DNA of 64,000 nucleotides from Alphaproteobacteria bacterium (GTDB lineage Bacteria; Pseudomonadota; Alphaproteobacteria; JBMOFM01): NCBI GenBank assembly GCA_049318825.1, contig JBMOFM010000013.1, positions 21,847 to 85,846 of the forward strand, read 5' to 3'. Shown piece by piece: positions 58,602 to 64,000 of this stretch (position 1 is its first letter; each line of letters starts with the position of its first letter). The notes under the pieces were generated by a model. It saw only the letters and a program-made list of their open reading frames with translations, ran no database searches and was not told where the DNA came from. The position numbers and the translations under genes were made by a program.

Positions 58602-59681
58602 ATGATGAGCAAACTTCCACAACCCAAACCGCATTTTCTGGCTATTTCTCCTTATATTGGTGGGGAAGCCAAGGCCGAGGGAGGGCAACGCCTTATTCGT
58701 TTGGCTTCTAATGAAAGTGCGATTGGCCCTAGCCCACGAGCCATGCAAGCCTTTGTGGAAATGGCTGGCCAAATTCATCGCTACCCTGATGGGGCCAGTC
58801 AATATTTACGTGATGCGCTGGCCGAAAAACATGGCCTGCCAGCCGAGCAGATTATTTGTTCTAATGGTTCGGATGCCATGCTCACCATGTTGGCGCGTTG
58901 TTTTGCCGGTGTGGGGGATGAGGTTATTCATACCGCGCATGGTTTTTTAATGTTTCCCTTAGCTGCAAAGGCAGCAGGCGCTACCCCCGTGAGCGTGGCT
59001 GAAAATAACTGCTTAGCTTCTGTGGATAATATATTAGCGGCCATTACCCCGCGCACCACCATGATATTTCTAGCAAACCCCAATAACCCCACGGGTACGT
59101 ATTTGCCTTTTTCAGAAATAGAACGCTTACAGGCTAGTTTGCCTGCCAACATCTTATTAGTGCTGGATGGTGCTTATAGTGAATTTATGGCCGATGTAGC
59201 AGATTATAATAATGGTCGCGCCTTGGTGGATAAAGGCAATGTGGTGCTGGTGAATACTTTTTCTAAAATTTTTGCCATGGCGGCCTTGCGTTTGGGCTGG
59301 GCCTATTGCCCCCCGCATGTGGCCGACGCCCTGAACCGTGCCCGCGAGCCTTTTAATGTTAACGCAGCCGCACAAATAGCGGGTGTGGCAGCCTTACAAG
59401 ATGAAGCGCACATAAAAGCAGCCTTGGCACAAAATAAAACGGTGTTGCAGCAAACCAGTGCAGGCTTGAAAAAGCTTGGCTTGGCCTTTCATCCTTCGCA
59501 TGCTAATTTTTTATTGGTGGATTTTGGCCATTTTGGTGCAGAAAATGTACGGCTCCAATTGAAAAATCAGGGCATATTGGTACGCCAAATGGGGGCTTAT
59601 GGCCTTGCTCAATATTTGCGTATTTCCATGGGCACAGAAGAAGAAATGACAATTGTGCTAGAAAATCTGGCAAGGCTATAA
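58602..59681 (+). CDS. hisC: histidinol-phosphate/aromatic aminotransferase (class II, HisC family)
   Basis: 359 aa; LASNESAIGPSP N-terminal motif, PLP-Lys region (NTFSKIFAMAALRLGWA). Confidence 0.8.
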   Translation: MMSKLPQPKPHFLAISPYIGGEAKAEGGQRLIRLASNESAIGPSPRAMQAFVEMAGQIHRYPDGASQYLRDALAEKHGLPAEQIICSNGSDAMLTMLARCFAGVGDEVIHTAHGFLMFPLAAKAAGATPVSVAENNCLASVDNILAAITPRTTMIFLANPNNPTGTYLPFSEIERLQASLPANILLVLDGAYSEFMADVADYNNGRALVDKGNVVLVNTFSKIFAMAALRLGWAYCPPHVADALNRAREPFNVNAAAQIAGVAALQDEAHIKAALAQNKTVLQQTSAGLKKLGLAFHPSHANFLLVDFGHFGAENVRLQLKNQGILVRQMGAYGLAQYLRISMGTEEEMTIVLENLARL

Positions 59682-59710
59682 AATCTGTTTTTTTATTAAG
59701 TATGAAGTGA

Positions 59711-59752
59711 AAAAATCCACCTGTTTATAAGAAAGCGGGTGGATTTTTTTTG
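59711..59752 (+). terminator. intrinsic terminator downstream of hisC-like gene
   Basis: AAAAAATCCACC-tgtttataagaaagc-GGGTGGATTTTTTTT: GC-rich stem with an 8-T tract. Confidence 0.75.
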
Positions 59753-59899
59753 TTAATTTATTGATCTTTTATGTAATGAGCGGTTTTTAGCATCGAAATA
59801 TAATGCACAAACTAATAGATATAGCGTATAGCCAATAAGGTGATAAAAAGTTTTATTATTTTATTTACAAATTTATCCCTTTTTGTAAGAAGTATCCTC

Positions 59900-60172
59900 A
59901 TGAAATTAGTAAATACACCCCCTAAGACAAACAGAATAGTTTTAGTGGCGATTGCGGCGATATTCGTTGTTATAGCCGTTATTGGTTATAATGTCCTGAA
60001 TGCCCAAGATAAGCGTAGTACGGGTGAAAAAATTAGCGATGCAGTGAATGAATTGCCCAATGGTGTTGATAAGGCAGCCCGCCAATTAGAAGAGCGTACC
60101 CCCGCCAATAAGCTGGAAGATGCCATAAAAGATACTGGCGATAGCATAAAAAAATCGACCAACCAACAGTAA
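59900..60172 (+). CDS. small membrane-anchored protein (hypothetical)
   Basis: MKLVNTPPKTNRIVLVAIAAIFVVIAVIGYNVL... has a single TM helix followed by a charged helical tail; start chosen at ATG 59900 within the track ORF 59840-60172. Confidence 0.3.
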   Translation: MKLVNTPPKTNRIVLVAIAAIFVVIAVIGYNVLNAQDKRSTGEKISDAVNELPNGVDKAARQLEERTPANKLEDAIKDTGDSIKKSTNQQ

Positions 60173-60223
60173 ACACCCTTTAACGTCAAGCTCCATTCAA
60201 CATAAATCAAAGAGAAAATTATC

Positions 60224-61114
60224 ATGAAAAAATCCACAATGCTGATGACAACCCTCTTCAGTACGGCTTTGGTATTTAGCCCCTTATTGGCAATAGCTGC
60301 CGATAATATTACAACCGATACAGTGAATACTGCCACTGTGCCCATTAGTAAGGAAGCCATGCTTGACCCACGGTTAGCGGCTAGTGGTTTTGTGGAGCAT
60401 GTGAATTATGCTCGTGTGGCTTTGGCCATGAAAAACATAGAATTGGGCAAACAGCATATTACCCAAGCCCGTAATCTGGTGACCATGATTAAAACTGCCA
60501 CCGCTGAGCAGCGGCGCATTACTGATGTGGAATCTGGCCGAATTATTTACAAATATGATACCGAGCATAAATATCACTATTTCCCTATTCAAACAGGGCC
60601 TATTCAGGTAAAGCAAATGAGTAATGGGCCCTTATGGGCAAAAAATGATCTGGCCGTTACCGATGCTGATATTGTGTATCTAACCTTAGATTTAACTGGA
60701 GATAAGCCAGATGCGTATCTGGTTAATGCCGAAACTGCTATTAATGCGGGTAATCTTAAAGAGGCCGATAATCAATTGGCTTTATTAATAGAAGAGGTAG
60801 CCACTGTGGAAAGCAGGGCAACTGTTCCGCATGATAAAGCATTGGATAATATAGCGCTTGCCCGCAATTTTATTGCAGGTAAAAATTACGATGGTGCCAG
60901 CTATGCGTTGAAACATGCTGATGAAGCTTTGGATGAAATGCAACGTAATGATGAATATAAAACCCGTAGCAAAGAAATTGCCACCATGCGTAAGGATGTT
61001 GGAGAATTACAAAAACATATCAGCCAGAAAGACCCTAACATGGTAGAAAAAGCTGATAAGAAAATGGAAAGCTGGTGGAAAGAATTAAATAGCTGGTCCA
61101 AAAATAAGAAATAG
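60224..61114 (+). CDS. hypothetical secreted protein
   Basis: 296 aa; clear signal peptide (MKKSTMLMTTLFSTALVFSPLLAIAAD); helical, Lys/Glu-rich C-terminus; no family recognised. Confidence 0.45.
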   Translation: MKKSTMLMTTLFSTALVFSPLLAIAADNITTDTVNTATVPISKEAMLDPRLAASGFVEHVNYARVALAMKNIELGKQHITQARNLVTMIKTATAEQRRITDVESGRIIYKYDTEHKYHYFPIQTGPIQVKQMSNGPLWAKNDLAVTDADIVYLTLDLTGDKPDAYLVNAETAINAGNLKEADNQLALLIEEVATVESRATVPHDKALDNIALARNFIAGKNYDGASYALKHADEALDEMQRNDEYKTRSKEIATMRKDVGELQKHISQKDPNMVEKADKKMESWWKELNSWSKNKK

Positions 61115-61135
61115 TGAGTTGTAGAAAATACGTAT

Positions 61136-61164
61136 AACAGGTGAAACAATCAATTTCACCTGTT
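61136..61164. terminator. convergent hairpin between 60224-61114 (+) and 61175-62140 (-)
   Basis: Perfect 11-bp stem AACAGGTGAAA-caatcaa-TTTCACCTGTT. Confidence 0.55.
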
Positions 61165-61174
61165 ACCCACAAGG

Positions 61175-62140
61175 TTAGATGTTGGGCGCATGGGATTTTT
61201 TTATAGCGCTTGCCGATGTTGGCCTTGCCTTTGTGTCTTTTGCTACTTGTAGCGGGGGATTGGTGCTTTTCTGTTGCACTGAATCTATACCAAGGGCTGG
61301 ATTTGTAAAGTAAGCAACCAATTCTTGGCCGGCGTAGATTTTACCCTTTGGATCTTCACAAAGAGCCGCTTCAATAGCAGAGCTTGGATTATTATTGGCC
61401 TGATATTGAGCTGCATAGCTTTGTCTCCAATCAATCAAGTCTGTGTTAATATTTTCATCCATGAAGATGGAATAATAGATTGGCCATAATAATTGTTTGA
61501 ATTCGGGCATGGTTCTATTTTGTAGAACCTCGATTGTATGAGCGGCTTGCTTGTGTTCATCGTTATGTATGGCTGTTTCCGTCAGGCATTCAATAAGCTC
61601 ATCAACGGTTTTATCGAGTTTTTCTAGCATATGTTCAAAAACAGAGTTAGAGAGTCTATACATATTGCTTTGTTGGCAATAACGATCAAACCAATCAATA
61701 AACTTTTCAAAATCAGCTTCTGCTTCAAATAATATCATTTGACCAAGCCATTGGGAGAAGCCTTTTCGATGGTTTTCAGGATCATTGATCCATAGATCAT
61801 GTTTATGTTCGTGATGGCCTTTCAGTTCATGAATGAGAGAGCCTGCATAATATAGATTAATAACTAAGTTCTTGTGTACATTGTAATTAGGGTGAGATGC
61901 AATAATGCGATTAGGGTTTAAGCATAAATAATTACGGGAATCGGCATCCATCACCCGCATGAAAACGTTACCTGTTATATTAACATCATGATCCACCAGC
62001 AGAACAGGCACATTGTGATCGCTGAGATATTGCTGTGTTTCTTTCCCTTGATCGGTTTCTCCCAATTCTAGCCATATATCCCTCATCCATTCCAGATGAG
62101 CTTGTTTATCGCTATCGCCATGCCAATCTATGGGCAACAT
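61175..62140 (-). CDS. hypothetical protein, novel HE(I/L)xGH family (paralogue of 15561-16517)
   Basis: 321 aa; see the 15561-16517 entry for the aligned blocks; C-terminal region diverges. Confidence 0.45.
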   Translation of the reverse strand: MLPIDWHGDSDKQAHLEWMRDIWLELGETDQGKETQQYLSDHNVPVLLVDHDVNITGNVFMRVMDADSRNYLCLNPNRIIASHPNYNVHKNLVINLYYAGSLIHELKGHHEHKHDLWINDPENHRKGFSQWLGQMILFEAEADFEKFIDWFDRYCQQSNMYRLSNSVFEHMLEKLDKTVDELIECLTETAIHNDEHKQAAHTIEVLQNRTMPEFKQLLWPIYYSIFMDENINTDLIDWRQSYAAQYQANNNPSSAIEAALCEDPKGKIYAGQELVAYFTNPALGIDSVQQKSTNPPLQVAKDTKARPTSASAIKKSHAPNI

Positions 62141-62260
62141 TAATAACCTTTATCAGAAAAAAATATAAAATGTAATATACATCAACTGTAGAGGGGTTGG
62201 CAATAATTATGCGCCCAAACTCATTCTACACTTGTTAAATGAAGCAATAATTGCTTATCT

Positions 62261-64000
62261 ATGAACATGAAAACAAAGAAAAAATCTGGCAATCGCCGCA
62301 AGCAAAGCCCTGAGGCTATCACCAAGAAACTGAAAAACCGTGGCATTGGTAGCAAGGCAAAAAAAACACCTGCTTCGGCTAAAAAAACAGGCGCTTTTTC
62401 ACAAAGGCGCAATAAAAAAGAAATTTGGGGCATCTATGATGCTAAAGCTGGCCGCCTTATCCCCCAAGATGGTGATGATAATAAAGACGTAAAGCGCTAT
62501 TATAGCCTGAAGCCTACCCCAGAATTGGCCAATTTGCCCGATGGTAGCCTGATTATTGTCCAGCTTTTGCCCAAGCGCCATGGTTTGTCGGGGCAGGTAG
62601 AGTTAAAGAAAATATTGGGCTCCCCCAGTGATCCTACCCTCATTACTCGTTTAGCGTTGGCTGAGCATGATATACCGCAGCAATTTTCGCCAGCCGCTCT
62701 AGAATTTGCTGAAAATGCTATTGTACCACCCTTAGGCAAGCGTGAAGATTTGCGTGATTTGCCCTTGGTTACTATTGATGGGGTAGATGCAAAAGATTTT
62801 GATGATGCGGTGTGGGCAGAAAAAGATGGGGATGGTTGGCATGCCATGGTGGCCATTGCCGATGTAGCCTATTATGTGCCGCTTGAATCGGCACTTGATT
62901 TGGAAGCCAGAGAACGCGGCAATTCCTGTTATTTTCCCGGCATGGTGATTCCCATGCTGCCGGAATTTTTATCCAATGGTTTATGTTCCTTGCGCCCTCA
63001 CGAGCCGCGCGCCTGTTTGGCTTTTCATTTATGGATTGATAAGGATGGGCAATTGGTGCGCCATCAACTGGTGCGTGGGTTGATGCAATCGGTAGCGCGT
63101 TTAACTTATGAACAGGTGCAAGCCGCGGTGGATGGTGAGCCAGATACCACGACTAAGCCATTATTAGAAAAAATTATTCAGCCACTTTATGGTGTGTATC
63201 TGGCCTTATTAAAGGCCAGAGAAGCCAGAGGTACGTTGGATTTGGACATACCCGAATATTACATTAATTTGGGTGGCGAGGGCAACGTGGAATCAATTAG
63301 CCAACGTCAACGGTTGGATAGCCATAAATTGGTAGAAGAATTGATGATTGCCGCCAATGTGGCTGCCGCTGAAACCTTAGAAAAAGCAAATTTTCCTTGT
63401 GTGTACCGTGTGCATGATAAGCCAGATTCAGTAAAGATTGATGCACTAAAACCATTTTTACAAGCCGCTGGTTTGCGCTTGCCCAAATTGCCAATTACTG
63501 AACCGCTTCCCTTGAAAAATTTACTGGATTTGGCAGAAAATGTAGAAAATCGGCAGCAAATTCATGAAATGGTGTTGCGCGCCCAGTCTCAAGCTGTATA
63601 TAGCCCACAAAATATTGGCCATTTTGGTTTAGCCTTGGCCTCTTATGCTCATTTTACCTCACCCATTCGCCGTTATGCTGATTTAATGGTGCATCGCTTA
63701 CTGATCGATGCTTATGGTTTAGGTAAAAAGGAAAAAGCCAAGCTTTCTGAACCATTAGAAGAAATTTGCAAGCAAATTTCCATCACAGAAAGGCGGGCCA
63801 TAGAGGCAGAGCGGGATGTGCGCAAACGGTATCAAGCCCTTTATATCAGTAAAAACCGTCAAGATTCTTATGCGGTACAGGTAAGCGGCCTTTCGCGTGC
63901 GGGGCTTTTTGTGAGGTTAGCAGATTCTGGGGCTGAAGGATTAGTGCCCATGCGCTTATTACCGGGCTTTTTTCATCTGGATGAAGCGGCAGGGCTGCTC
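62261..64000 (+). CDS. rnr: ribonuclease R (RNB family 3'-5' exoribonuclease), 5' portion; continues past window end
   Basis: Open frame from ATG 62261 to the window end (580 codons). Basic N-terminal tail is followed by RNB-domain motifs (DGVDAKDFDDAVWA; ADVAYYV; NSCYFPGMVIPMLPEFLSNGLCSLRP). Missing from the ORF track because no stop lies in the window. Confidence 0.85.
   Translation, partial: MNMKTKKKSGNRRKQSPEAITKKLKNRGIGSKAKKTPASAKKTGAFSQRRNKKEIWGIYDAKAGRLIPQDGDDNKDVKRYYSLKPTPELANLPDGSLIIVQLLPKRHGLSGQVELKKILGSPSDPTLITRLALAEHDIPQQFSPAALEFAENAIVPPLGKREDLRDLPLVTIDGVDAKDFDDAVWAEKDGDGWHAMVAIADVAYYVPLESALDLEARERGNSCYFPGMVIPMLPEFLSNGLCSLRPHEPRACLAFHLWIDKDGQLVRHQLVRGLMQSVARLTYEQVQAAVDGEPDTTTKPLLEKIIQPLYGVYLALLKAREARGTLDLDIPEYYINLGGEGNVESISQRQRLDSHKLVEELMIAANVAAAETLEKANFPCVYRVHDKPDSVKIDALKPFLQAAGLRLPKLPITEPLPLKNLLDLAENVENRQQIHEMVLRAQSQAVYSPQNIGHFGLALASYAHFTSPIRRYADLMVHRLLIDAYGLGKKEKAKLSEPLEEICKQISITERRAIEAERDVRKRYQALYISKNRQDSYAVQVSGLSRAGLFVRLADSGAEGLVPMRLLPGFFHLDEAAGLL

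Noticed and set aside
1-64000. CRISPR arrays, IS elements/transposases, integrases and rRNA operons were looked for.
   Set aside because: There are no regularly spaced direct repeats and no DDE transposase, tyrosine or serine recombinase-like ORFs. There are no rRNA-like segments. The only repeat structures are the hairpin and palindrome elements listed above.

Overview
This 64-kb window is chromosomal and looks alphaproteobacterial: the flagellar operon layout matches the Caulobacter type, PdhB carries an N-terminal lipoyl domain, and GC content is moderate to low. Conserved housekeeping blocks alternate with AT-rich stretches that lack recognisable homologues.

By position:
- 1.4–4.0 kb (minus strand): flgH-flgA-flgG rod/ring operon, with a near-consensus sigma-54 promoter upstream of flgG.
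- 4.1–5.3 kb: queE and queD.
- 5.4–14.7 kb (plus strand): fliF-fliG-flbE/fliH-fliN-flbD, then flhA, flhF and flhG/fleN.
- 14.7–16.5 kb: two lineage-specific genes. One is an HExxH/M48-like peptidase. The other belongs to a novel HE(I/L)xGH family whose second copy sits at 61.2 kb.
- 16.6–20.5 kb: mlaC, mlaA and uvrD.
- 20.5–22.6 kb, the most notable locus: an AT-rich insert of about 2.1 kb carrying a two-gene split OLD-family module. It encodes an ABC-type ATPase (361 aa) followed by a TOPRIM-like protein (255 aa; VEG...DxD motif), resembling PARIS AriAB / AbiL / RloB-type defence pairs. The insert is bracketed by two copies of the palindrome CCCTCTCCC-TWA-GGGAGAGGG and followed by a 48-bp perfect palindrome.
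- 22.7–34.4 kb: prmA, an aminopeptidase P, a 1,562-aa orphan giant protein with an N-terminal HExxH peptidase domain, pirin, trmB, metK and lpd.
- 34.5–39.2 kb: tandem small membrane-protein paralogues sit between lpd and pdhC. pdhC, pdhB (with lipoyl domain) and pdhA follow.
- 39.6–48.5 kb: gshB, a CBS protein, a degenerate beta-lactamase-like protein, rpmG (L33, hidden inside a longer spurious ORF), a HAD hydrolase, acnA and an orphan 366-aa protein.
- 48.5–53.6 kb: greA and carAB.
- 53.8–59.7 kb: a frameshifted orphan, an SPFH protein, a fused metX–metW gene, a chorismate-mutase-domain protein and a hisC-like aminotransferase.
- 59.9–64.0 kb: a small membrane protein, a secreted orphan, the second HE(I/L)xGH-family copy, and the 5' part of rnr (RNase R).

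No rRNA, tRNA, CRISPR array or transposase was recognised.
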